DNA of 61,037 nucleotides, filler included. It is 12 parts of 12 records of this genome, joined end to end, with 100 filler letters (N's around TTAATTAATTAA, not from the genome) between each part and the next. Parts side by side here need not be neighbours in the genome. Positions count along the whole stretch, not along the records: positions 19,258 to 24,640 come from SRR7504441_10085; positions 24,741 to 31,849 come from SRR7504441_10095; positions 31,950 to 35,233 come from SRR7504441_10108; 9 more parts are not named here. The stretch is one strand, 5' to 3'. A program made the position numbers and the translations under genes. Within the stretch, counting starts at the first letter, position 1. The number at the start of each line of letters is the position of its first letter. A model generated the notes under the pieces. The model was given only the letters and a program-made list of their open reading frames with translations. It did not search any database and was not told the DNA's origin. Shown one piece after another: positions 22,294 through 33,579 of this stretch.

Positions 22294-22420
22294 ATCATTT
22301 GCGAGGACAAGAAGAGGATGATTCGGGTGGTGCCGTGCGGGCACACGGTGCTGTGCGAGGCGTGCGCGCCCATGATGCCGGGACACGGTCGAGGCACGGC
22401 AGGTGGCCTGCGTGGCTGAT
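22291..22420 (+). pseudogene. Relic RING-HC (C3HC4) coding sequence
   Basis: In frame: *IICEDKKRMIRVVPCGHTVLCEACA, with TGA at the first Cys position. The final C-R-D-T-V-E-A-R-Q-V lies in the +1 frame. Confidence 0.6.
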
Positions 22421-22600
22421 CTGGAGGCGTCTAAGGACTTGGACAGAGAAGACCCCGAAGTTAGGGAAGCCGCCTGCTTGTAAATAGAGCAATCCTGTAT
22501 ATTAAACCCTCCCAATGTATCAAGTTGATCGCTCTATCATGTTATACGCAATCATGCTCATGTACAATATAATTATACTCGTACTGATTGATGGACATTT

Positions 22601-23458
22601 TCATTTTAGAAATGCAGACACGTTAGCAAGCACAGCCACATACACGAGCAGGCAGAATATCCCCTTGAGCATGCACATAAAGCAGAACATATTCCCGCCG
22701 CCAATCGCCGTCCCGGTCCAAACGCAAAAATGATCGTAATCCCTCACCTGTCTTCGCTTCGGCACCAGGCACACGCTGGCCCTCCTTACCAGCACCTGTC
22801 CCTCTTCGCAATACCCCACACAGCCCATGTCATTCGGAATCCAGCTGTTTGTCCGTTGCACTTTCCGCCAGTCCTCGCCCTGCGGCTCGGCCCAGTACGG
22901 CACTATCCCAGGGTCACTGCCCCCGGAGAGTCACCCAGGGCAAACGCCGGCCGCGCGCCTGCAGGAGGTGGCGAGGAAGCAGCCGCTCACTAACCCTACC
23001 GCCACCACTGCGCTAACCGTGAACAGCCGGCGACCCAGGGCGCGCACCGGCGGAGAGTATCCACCAGCCGCTCAGCCCGGCCACGGCCATAGAAAACATT
23101 AAGCTGGCCAGTGATATGATCAAGGCCAGAGTGAAGATAGTCCTGCCCCAACCGTCGCCCCACGCCGGCCGGGCCCGACACACATAGGCCAGCAGGGGCC
23201 GATCATCGCGCTGAACCCGCCCGCCGGCCCGGGCTCCTCGCGCAGCACATAGAACTTTCCAACCCGCCGGCTGTAGCAGGGCGGCGACAGCCGCTCGCAC
23301 CAGCACTGCCCCCGGTCGGGCGCGGCAGCCAGTGCGCGCACCGTGCTCCGCGTCGGCCGGACTGGGTAGTCGTAGCTGAGCGGCCCGGCCTCCGGCTCCC
23401 CGATCAGCACGTCGACCTCCTCGTCAGCACCCACACTGCCCGCTTCGGCGGTGCTCAT
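22601..23458 (-). CDS. DHHC-family protein S-acyltransferase, DHFC variant, 5 exons
   Basis: Removing introns 23143-23183, 23008-23047, 22917-22958 (GC-AG) and 22748-22789 gives GPCWPM-TM-TM-SDPGIVP...VRDYDHFCVWTGTAIGGGN-TM. Confidence 0.85.
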
Positions 23459-23477
23459 TGCAGCCAGTTTTTGAGCG

Positions 23478-24627
23478 ATGCTGGCGCGGTTGAGCCGAGC
23501 ACTTGTGGTGGCGCCGCCGCTCTTGGCGGGCCAGTGGGTGGGCGAGAGCCGGTGCGCCGGGGCCGAGCCGCACAGCCTGCACCCCAACCTGATCCTGCTC
23601 CAGTCCCGGGCCATCCAGGCGGCTCCTGGCCGGGCGGCCGGCCCGAGCCAGCGCCAGGTCCTTCTGACCGGCATGCGCGACAAGGAGACACCAAACCATC
23701 GGTTCATCGAGTGCGCCGACAGGCTGTTCCGGCTGCTCGGTCCGCTGGTGCAGGGCCCGGCCGGCTCACCTGGCGGCTGCAGCCGAGGAGGCGTTGGCCG
23801 AGGTGCCGTCGGTCAAACCGGTCGCCGTCCGCTCTCAGTGCGGGGTGTCCCCGGGGCTCAGCTCGCCTGACCACACCCAGATCTGCGCGGTACGGCGCTG
23901 GCCGTGCCCGCCTAGCCCCGGGGCAGGTGGCGGTGCTGCGGTCGGGGGATGCGCTGCTGCACGGTGCGCAGACAGCGGGCGGCGGTCTCACGGGGCGCAG
24001 GTTTCCACCAGATCGCGCCCCGCATCACCAAGGGGAACCTGCTGATTCAACGGGATGAGACCGACCCGCAGAAGCGGCCTCGGATGCTGATCTGCCAGCT
24101 ACCTAATGAAATGAGCGAAAAGCATGTACGACACGAGCCGGGCGCTCTTGGATTGTGAGGGGTAGGTACTGCTGCTGGATCCGATGCTAGCCACAGGCGG
24201 CTCGGCCAAGCTAGCCATCCGGACGCTGATGGACAAAGGAGTGGCCGAGGGCAATGTGCCGAGCCTGGCGGGTTAGCGTGTGAGTGGCGTTCGGCAGATT
24301 ATTTTTGTGAATATGGTGTGCACACCCGAGGGTCTAGCTGCTCTAGCCAAGGCGCACCCGGGCGTCAAAATCCTGACTTGTGCGATGGACCAAGGGCTGA
24401 CTAGCGGCAAGTACATCCGGCCGGGTCTTGGAGACTTCGGTGATCGGTATTACAACACAGTCGAGATCGAGACTCCAACGTTCATGATGAGTGAGTTTGA
24501 TGTGCCGTCGTCGTCAGTGCAGCACACCCCAGACTGGAGGGAGAAGTACAGTGCTGAAGAGGGACGCGGACGAGGTGACACGCCCTCAGGCTTTGCTGTG
24601 TTAATTTGCGTGCTAGGTGGTTGGTAG
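23478..24627 (+). CDS. UPRT: Uracil phosphoribosyltransferase (eukaryotic FUR1 type), at least 7 exons
   Basis: Removing introns 23619-23657, 23740-23782, 23890-23926, 23964-24000, 24126-24165 and 24256-24297 restores MRDKET...ADRLFRLLAEEAL, VLRSG, LLIQRDE, VLLLDPMLATGGS and YIRPGLGDFGDRY. Confidence 0.93.
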
Positions 24628-25027
24628 TCTTCAGTACGTANNNNNNNNNNNNNNNNNNNNNNNNNNNNNNNNNNNNNNNNNNNNTTAATTAATTAANNNN
24701 NNNNNNNNNNNNNNNNNNNNNNNNNNNNNNNNNNNNNNNNGAGCCTACATGGACGCCCAGACAAATTGGCTCCAGAACGCCGCCGCCGGAGCCAGCCCAG
24801 CCCCGCCCTACCCCGCCCCTACCCCGGCGCGGTACATCGTTTGGACACCTATTGGACACCCACGACACTATCAGTTGGACAACCCGTTGGACATCCACGA
24901 CTCAAGTACAATGCCATTACAACTAAGTCTACTTGAAGATGTGGATTAGATGTGGATACTCTCACAAACGTGTACAGTACACTCGCACTGGACATGTACA
25001 CCAAGCTTGGAACAGTTAATTACAGTT

Positions 25028-28000
25028 TTAGCCAGACTCCGGTGGGTCGCGAACGTAGAAAAGCACGTAGGCCCCGGCGCTGACCACCTTCTCTGGAGCC
25101 ACTTTGGACACGGTGCTGTCGTTGAAGTGGTACCACCCGTCTTCGCCACTTCTGCTTGTGCTCTCATGCTCTGCTCCACTCTCGTCCTCGGCAGCAGGTG
25201 CCTCCTCCTCGGCAGCCGGTGCCTCGCAATGCTCACCACCCCCACGCCACTCCGCACCTGCCTGAGTCTCCTCCTCGGCAGCTGGGGCCTCGTCCTCGGC
25301 AGCAGGGACCTCGTCCTCGGCGGCCGCAGCAAGGATCGCTGTCGTATGTATTGTGTTGCTCGGGCGAGCATACGCGGTGTAGTGCCCGCCCGAGAGCGAG
25401 CCCGAGTGGTTGATCACCCCATACAGGCTGTACGAGCCGTCCGTCCCAGGCAGCCGGAGCCCGCTCAGAGGGAACTCGATCACCGACGAGATCTTGCCCC
25501 GCCGGCTCGTTGTCTGGTAGAACCGCTTCAGGTGCACGATCAGCACCGGCGGCAGATCGCCAAACCCGATCCGCTTGTCGACTGACTGGGCCGCGTTGCA
25601 GGTCGGGCAGAAGAAGGCGTCCTCCCCGCTCAGCCGCTCCGGCTTGACAAACTCGTCGATGCACTCCTCGAGCGTTAGCGACCTCTGGTCGAGTGCCTTG
25701 CCCTCCGCCACCGACGAGTGCACGGCTGGCTCCTCGAGCAGTGGGCTCTCCTCCTTGGACGGCCAGACCGCCTCCAGCCAGCCGCTCTTGGCCGCCGGCA
25801 GCTCGACTGGCTGGTCGTCCTCCAGCACCTGCACGCGCTCGCCGCTGCCCCGCGTGGCTATCCGCAGCCCAAACCCACTGCCAGCCGGAAGCGTCTGCCA
25901 AGCAATCGCCGCGCGCACCCGTGCGTAGAGCTCGAGTCCGCACACCGGCTGGTCGCGCGGCACGCTCACCAGCCCCGGCTCGGCCACAGCGGGTGGCAGC
26001 TTGTCTATCCTGCGGGGCAGCTTGGACACCACGGCCAGGTCCGGGCTCTGGCCTATCTGGATGGTGCCCGGGTCGATCCCGTCGGCCACCAGCTTCTTGC
26101 GCAGCTGCTTGGCCTTCTTGAACGCCTCAGTCCGCTGGAACAGGAACGCCTCGTACTGCGGCTCGTCCAGCCCGGCTGGCGGCTTGAGCTTGGAGGCGAT
26201 CATGCAGTCGACGTACGCCGGCTTGTGCTTCTCGAGCTGCTCCAGTCCATTGGCCCGCCGGAGCAGCACCTTGACGTTGCCCGGCTGGTGCTCGAGCGAG
26301 CCGGTCGCATCGTGCACCACTTGCTCCCATTCCTTCTGCTGCGCGAAGCACTGCGCCCGGTTGGACAGGCACGAGGCCGCCAGCCCCGACTGCTTGGCCC
26401 CAGCCAGCCGGTCGAGCGCCGCCGTGTAGCTCTCGATCGCCTGTGGGAACCTGCCCGCCTTGTAGTGCTGGTTGCCCTCCGCTTTGAGCTCGACTGCCGC
26501 CAGGTTGGCCTCCTCATCCACACTTGCCGCCGGCTCGCCCGCCGGCTCGCCCGCCGGCTCAGCCGCCGGCTCGGGTTGCGTTTTGCTGGCGACATAGTGC
26601 GCAAGTCGGAAGACGAGCGGCCTGCCGAGCAGCAGGTCGAGCACAGGGTCGTGCCCGCGCCGCTGAGCCAGCTCGATGCAGCTGTCGCCGTGGTTGTCCT
26701 TGAGCTCGACCGACGCCTTCAAGGCAAGCAGCTGCTGCACCGCGTCTGCGTGCCCCTCCTTGGCCGCCAGATGCAGCGCGGTCTCGCCGGCCTTGTCCTG
26801 CGTGTCCAACAGGCAGCCGGCGCTGCTCAGCAGGGCCAGCAGCTCCGGCTTGGCCAGCCCGGCTGCCTGGTGCAGCCCGGTCTGGCCGGTGGCCTCCCGC
26901 TTGCTGTTTGGGTCGGCCTTGGCCGCCAGCAGCTGCTCCACGCACTGCAAGTGCCTGTCCCTCGCCTTGAGGTAACAGTTCCCAAGCATTAGGTTGATCG
27001 GCCCCTGCCCGTCCTGCGCCTGCTCGAACTGGCCCTGCTCGATCGCCAGCTTGAGCATGCTCGGCTCGCCGTTCTCAACTGACTTCCAGAACCCAATCCC
27101 CTTGTCTGCCTGCCCGGCCGGCATCATCTCGACCGCCTCGCCAGCCGGCCCGTCGTCCCCGCCAAACATGTCAGCCAGGTCTTGCCAATCTGCCCCAGTC
27201 ATCTCCATCCCTGACTGGGCCGTCACGCTGTCGTCGCTCGCATACCCGCTCGCCTGCTCCGGTGCTGTCGCTTGCAGCGCGGCATCAGGCATCCCGCCCA
27301 CAGCCGGCTGGTCCTCCGGAGGGCTATCCGGGACCTCGCCGCTGAGCAGCTGCATCACGGCCTGCTCCTCGTTCCCTCGGTTGCTGTCGAGTGCCTTCCG
27401 GGCCTGCGCCTGCGAGCACCCGACGAACTCCATCAGCTGCTCAGACTGAGACCTCTCCCGGGTGCCGCCCTCGGCCGCAGGCCAGCCCGGCTCCTCGGCT
27501 GCAGGCCCCGACGGCCCCGGGAGCGCAATCACCGGCGGCAGGTCGACCTCGACTGGCTCTAGAGCGGCCAGCTGCTCCGGATCGGCCGGCGACTGGCCCC
27601 TTGGAGTGCTCTCTACTGGCGGCTGCATGTTGCCTTCTAGCAGCAGCATGACCGCCGAGTCGACTGACCCGTTGCACTGCTTGATCGCCTGCCTTGCCGT
27701 GTCCACCGAGACGCACATGGCCTCGGCTAGCTGGAGCGCCGAGGCCTCCACCTCCTCATCATTCGGCTGCTGGGCGCTCTGGGCCTTCTCCACAAACCGC
27801 GACCACAGACCGGCCTGCTCGGGCTCCTTGGGCTCTTCGTCGCCGGGCTCGAGCTCGTCAGCCGCGGGCTGGGCGGCCGGCGGGCTCTGCGGGGGCTCGG
27901 CTGGCCGGTCCGGCTCGGCTTGTGCGGCGCAGCTGAACTGGCACGCGTCTTGGCCCTCTACCAGGCACACGGCATACAGCCGGGCGCTCGCGCAGCTGTC

Positions 28001-29561
28001 CAGCCCGTCGGCCCGGACGAGCACCCGGGTTATCCTGTGCTCGCTCGCCACACACACCTGTCGGCCAGTCGGTCGGGCCGGGCGCGCAGCTTACCTTCCA
28101 GAGCTCCGCAGCTGGCGGCCGGTCGAGCATTCGGCGCATCTGATCGATCAACTCGGGCACTGCGCTCCAAGGAGCCAAACGGACTCCGAGCAGCGCCGGG
28201 AGCGAGAGCGTGCCGCCCGGCCAGGGCAGCACGGTCAGCTGCCGGCCAATGAGCAGCGGGACGGGAGGCAGCGCACCTCAAAGGTCTGGGCAAAGCTGTT
28301 GGGTAGCGGGAGGCTGAGCAGCATGGACGGGTCGGCCTTGTCGAAGTTGGACTGGCAGGCCGGGCAGCTGAGCTTGCTCACCAGCTGTCCGCGGAAGAGG
28401 GCCGAGACCATCGAATGCGAGTTGCCCTTGGTGTCCCAGCTGCACAGATCCTCGTGCATCCCGTCCAGCAGGCACCCGAGCAGCTCCTGTGCGTCGTGCT
28501 GATGACTGCCCTCAAATTGCTTCGAGCGCAGCCCCAGCTGCTGCTTCAGATCCCCCGGGCTGATGGCGCCGTGCCCTGCCCCAGAGGCTAGCACCCGCCC
28601 CGGGGCACCGCGCACCGCCGTTCCAGAGCTGGCAGCTGAGCTGGGCATAGGCCTCGACCAGTTTGCCGCCGGTGCCGAGCGGGTTTGTCCGGTTGATGGC
28701 GGGGGCGTGGCTCTGGTCGAGCATGCTCTGGGTGAGCTCTGCTGTGTTGCTCAGACACTGCAGCACCGAGTTCATGTAGCACGTGTTGCCCTGCCGCACG
28801 CTCAGACAGCCCCCCGGCCAGCGCACCAGGTTGTAAAGCCCGCACAGTCCGGGGCCGGCCGCCTGCCCGCTCGGGCTGTGCCGGTCGTGCTGACGAGCTG
28901 AGTGCGGCTCTAAACCGCTGAGAGCGCTCGTGTTGCCCACGAGCAGCTTGGTCACTTGGTCCGGCCAGCGCCCGTGCCGGTCCATAGCCTCCAGCGTCAC
29001 CTTGACCGGCTCCAGCCCGATCTCGCCCAGCGGCCGCTCGAGCAGCTCCTCGCCAGCCAGTGGTGGCTCCCCCGCCTCCCCGAGCAGCCGGATCCGCGAC
29101 CCGCCAGGGGACTCGTTGAAGTGGAGCGCCAGCGCCTGGAGCAGCTGCCCGACCTCGGTCCGGCGGCTCACCATCAGCAGCGCCTCGTCGATCTCCTGCA
29201 CCTGGTCCGAGCCCGGTATCTTGTCCAGCTTGACCGCCCATATAAACAACGGCGACAGCTCGGGTGCGCCCTCCAGCACCCTCCGCCGGATCGGAGTGGC
29301 CGCGGTCCCGAGCTCGGCCCAGCACTCGGCCGAGACCCAGGCGTAGTCGGCCGGGTAGTCCAGCCCGGGCCGGAGCCGGCGGGTCTCCCAGCCGGCCAGC
29401 AGGTCCTGGTAGATGTCTTGGTCCTCCGGCACCAGCAGCCCGGCCTGATCCAGCCCGGGCGGCCCCGACAGCGGATCGGCCCGGTCGGCCCGCCAGGCGA
29501 GCCAGGCCTTGTGCCACTCGGCCGGCACCAGGTACACCAGCTCGTCCAGCGACTCCTCCAT
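25028..29561 (-). CDS. USP4/11/15-like deubiquitinase: DUSP + UBL-like + split catalytic domain with UBA-like, ankyrin and TPR insertion
   Basis: YLVPAEWHKAW (DUSP). GLYNLGNTCYMNSVLQCL after removing intron 28791-28826. QHDAQELL, LPPVLIVHLKRF, INHSGSLSGGHYTAY and WYHFNDSTV present. Other introns: 28576-28615, 28239-28276, 28058-28094. Confidence 0.9.
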
Positions 29562-29689
29562 CTCCACAGCTACTGGCAGCGCCGCACCCGGTGCAACTTC
29601 AGCTGCAGTTCCGCCGCTCGTCGGATTCGGCGGCCCGGTGCGACGGGACCCCGCGGCGGACGCCCTTCTAGCGAGCGGGCGCTCAGCGG

Positions 29690-30803
29690 ATGGGGCAGTG
29701 CTCGCAGCGTCCGCGCTGCGAGGACTGCGCGGTGCGGGTGCTCCGGCCGTGTTTCTCCAAGCTGTACCAGCGCAACGAGTGGGATCCCATCGACCAAGAT
29801 GAGGACATAGACCGCAGCCCCACCGCCCCCACCCCGCCGCTCGGCCCAGTGATCTGCGAATCGATCGAGCTGACCCCGCCGGCTGACCTACACGCCGAGA
29901 GCGCCGCGGTCCCGCTCACTGTCCTGCCCGCGGGCGACCCGCCCCGGCGGCCGGCGACCGACGGAGCCGACCGGCTGGAGGGCGCGTTGGACGGCAGCCC
30001 GCCCGTGTCGCCTGTGAGCGGCGGGGAGGTGCCGGCCTACATGTACGAGATCAAGGAGACGGTGTCCGGCCGGCGGGGCGGGCTCAGGCCGCGGGCAGAT
30101 GCGCCGGAACGTGCGGGCGGTGCACCAGCAGCTGCGGAGCATGGACGGATGGAAGCTGGCGAGCAAGCGGGCCGGGGCCGAGATATACGTGCGCGAACTG
30201 CGTGGGGTCTCGCACTCTAAGACAATCTGCCGGGTGTCGGCCTGCTGGTGCGCCGCTTGGCGGGCCCTCGGAGCCGGTCGCAGTGACAGGATTGTGCAAA
30301 TAATAAGGACAGCCAAGCTCTCCAAACAGAGCTCGGACCATCAGCTGCTCGAGCGGCTGTCTAAGGACATGCATGTCTACTGGTGCCTGGGCTGCTCGGC
30401 CGGGCTGACTGGCTCGCAGGATGGGCGTCAAGGTGCCAATCATCAAAGACCGAGACTTTGTGATTGCAGAGTGGAACCATCGGCAGCCCAACGGCAAGCA
30501 CCTGACCGCATTCGTGTCGGTGAGCCACCCGCAGTGCGGCCAGCAGAAGCGGTGCCCCGCGGCCTGAGCTGGTCTGAGCTGGAGGCCAGATATATCAGAG
30601 GCGACATCCTGATGGGCGGCTGGCTCGTGGAGCCCGAGCCGAGCAACAAGCAGTGCACCGTCACCTACGTGACCGGAGTGGACCCCAACGGCGCGCTCCC
30701 CTCGTTTCTTAAAAAGTCGGGAGCCACAGCGAGCGCCGAGCCGGCCGTGGAGCTCAAGCTGCTGGCCGAGGCAGATCTAGCTCAGGATCTAGCCGTCACC
30801 TAA
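29690..30803 (+). CDS. START-domain lipid-transfer protein, 5 exons
   Basis: Removing introns 30062-30098, 30248-30283, 30383-30419 and 30552-30589 gives VYWMGVKVPIIKDRDFV...SVSHPQC...YIRGDILMGGWLVEP...VTYVTGVDPNGALP. Confidence 0.88.
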
Positions 30804-31184
30804 TGGCACCGGGCCTGATCCCCGTATCCGCGATCATATCGATCGCGGTCCGTAACTCCGTGCGTAATTGGCCCTCAATGCCAATTGTACTCTATGTACG
30901 ATCCTGTACTGTAGACTAATCCTGTATGTAGACTAGCCGGCCTGTATGAAGTAGTTGTACGTAGTGTGAGATCTAGATTTATCCGCCCTGTTAACGACAT
31001 TTTAGTAATCGACAGACTCAGAGTCGGTCTCCTCCGACTCGGCCTACATCAGCTACACAGCTAGCTAGCTACACAGTAGGCGACCCCCACAACGAATAAA
31101 GTAAGCCAGCCGTGACTGGCCGCCGGGTGACGGTGGCGGGGAAGCCGCCCCCGTGGCTGAATCAGTGCGTCAGTGGCTCGGCCG

Positions 31185-31849
31185 ATGGGCTGCACCTCAA
31201 CCAAGGCGGGTCGGCGGGAGGCGGCGGCCGGCCGGGCGCGCCAGCTGGGTCTGCTGCCCAACGAGCTGGTCTGGCAGCACCCGCTCAACCGCCCGCAGCC
31301 CACCGCCAGCCACAACCTGCACAGCGGACCCACCGGTCTCACGGAGCCCGCGGTGCGCGCGCTGATCGCCTCGGCTAGCGGCGCGCCGGCCGTCGGATAC
31401 GAGGCGCTGCCGGCCGATGCCGGGCTGCCAGACCTGCAGCGGCTGGCGGCCGCTGGGAAGGTGGACGACTGGCTGTCGGTGCTCGGGTGCCCCACGCCGG
31501 CGCTGTCCCCGCTGCCGACCTACAGCGCGATGCGGCTGCCGCTGGCGGTGGCGCTGCGCGTGGAGGCGATGGCCGGGCCGGAGCGGCCGGTGGCCCGCGG
31601 GACGCTAGGGGCGGCTGGCCTGCTCAGCTTCCACCCGTCGCTGTATTATGTGCTGTCGGGCCGGATTCCGACAATGCACTACAGCGGGCACCCTGTCGAT
31701 CGGCTGTATGGGCTGGCCAAGCTGTTTGGAGCGATCAGCGTAGATAGCCCGGAGGATCTGGCCAGCCGCGGGCCGTTCCCGTCCTTCCCACCGATCGATC
31801 GGGCCGGGGTGCTCTCCAACGGCCTCCGATGCAAGGCGAGCCGAGCCCT
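31185..31849 (+). CDS. Hypothetical protein, 3' truncated
   Basis: ATG at 31185 (MGCTSTK, possible N-acylation); frame stays open to the contig end. Confidence 0.4.
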
Positions 31850-31949
31850 NNNNNNNNNNNNNNNNNNNNNNNNNNNNNNNNNNNNNNNNNNNNTTAATTA
31901 ATTAANNNNNNNNNNNNNNNNNNNNNNNNNNNNNNNNNNNNNNNNNNNN

Positions 31950-33483
31950 CCTGGAGCTGCTGCACGAGCATGGTTGTGACGGTAGCGCCTGACGTGGTGC
32001 TGAGCACCTGAAGCACCTGGTATGCCTCGCTCCGTTCGAGGCCGTCGAGTGTCAGCGTCAGAGCCCCGTCGCTGCGACGCCCGAACCAACCCCTACCTTT
32101 GGTGCGGCGCCCGAACAGCCCGCTAAAGGTGTTCTCCAGCTCGGACTGGACCCTTTCAGAATAACTCCTTTGCGACTGCTTCTGGAAGTGGACAACGACC
32201 AAGAGCACGATCACCACAAGCCCGGCAATCTGGAGAAGAGGAGAGAGCCAGTAGTCCTTTGCCGTGCAGGGGTCGAGGTAGATCTCTTCGGCGCCGCACT
32301 TCCCTTGGCCGATCCCAAAGTATGTGGCCTCTGAGTTGTCGTTCCAGCCCGCGCAGTACGGAACGGTAATCACGTATCGATCTGTGGTCTTCACGCTAGC
32401 GGATCCCCTTGGCCTCCAGAGCTCGCCGCTACTCGGGGCCGGATTGAGATCTAGGTCCCAGCACAGCTGCTGCTTAAACGCGTGGGCATCATAGAACATC
32501 TTGGTGATGTCTTTGAGGTTGTTGGTCACCGGCCAGTTGTCGATCTTCCCGTTGAACTCGCTGGCGTGCTGGAACATCGATACCGCCGACTCGAGCTTGC
32601 TCACCTCCCACGACCCGAGTGGTTGGTTGAACTTTATGGCGAAGCGGAACATGTCGTCCATCTTGGTCACGGAGCTCACGTTCCAGCGGTCGATGTTTGG
32701 GTTGCAGGTGTGTCCGCCCCACGTCCACGACCCGGTCCAAGACCCAGAAGCACTCAGGATCCCGCCGCCGTAGGTGTTTGTACCTCCAAACAGGTTAGAC
32801 ATGTCGGTGATCTGCCCAGTGTCCCACCCCGCGATTGGCCCGTACTTTTCGACAGCCGCCGCGGTCGTCTTCGGGTCGCACCACTCGACGGCCGCCTTCT
32901 GCAGCACCGTGTACCTGCCGTCGATCTTGTTCACGATCCCGACCTCCGCGCAGGTCTTCTGAGCTTCGACAAGGGCTGGCTTCAGATCGATCCCGGATTC
33001 TTCCGGGATTCGGGCTGTCTCATTCTTGATACGGACTTCCAGCGGCTCGCACACGCCGTCGTCACCCGCGTCACCCGCGCTCCAGAAGCCACCCGCGTCA
33101 CCCGCGCTCCAGATGCACACGCCATCGCCACCCGCGCACCTCCCGGTGCAGGCAGTCTCGTTCGCGAAGTCGCCGCACTTCTCGGTCCCCGAGGGCACTA
33201 TTGCACTTGCCGAGGGCACTACCGCACTTGCCAACGCCTCGCCGTCGCAGGCAGTATTCGTCGTCTCACACAAACCCTGGGCGGCTTCCGCCGCGGGGCC
33301 CTGCTCAGCCGAGTCTTCTCCCACGGCGGGCCAGGCTTTGTCGTTCCAGGTGCAGCTTTTGCCGCCCGCGCATCCTTGTTCCGGGCATGCTCCCTTGCTC
33401 GTGTAGGATTCGCAGGCGTCGAACCCGCGCGCTGCGGGGACGAGCAGGCACGAGAGGAGGGCCACCGCCGCCAGAAGCTTCAT
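31950..33483 (-). CDS. Signal-peptide + Cys-rich + DUF285 (BspA-like) repeat + TM surface protein, 3' truncated
   Basis: MKLLAAVALL signal peptide; repeats WDTGQITDMSNLF, WNVSSVTKMDDMF..A..FNQPLGSW, MFQHASEFN; TM LLQIAGLVVIVLLVVV. Confidence 0.85.
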
Positions 33484-33579
33484 TGCAGTCAGCGCCCAAG
33501 CCCCAACCGCCCGGTTAGGGGGTGGGATTTACAATCTTTTTTGCGAATACGATTTGATCCAAGGTGTGCGTTGGGGGCA

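Noticed and set aside
25190-25325. Short direct repeats CTCCTCGGCAGC/GTCCTCGGCAGC, superficially CRISPR-like
   Set aside because: They encode EAPAAE(E/D)E low-complexity repeats in the USP; no unique spacers and no cas genes.
25233-29810. Many long overlapping and antisense ORFs (also around 12000-13800 and 15400-17100)
   Set aside because: Expected in very GC-rich coding DNA; the translations are Arg/Pro/Ala/Gly-rich with no motifs.
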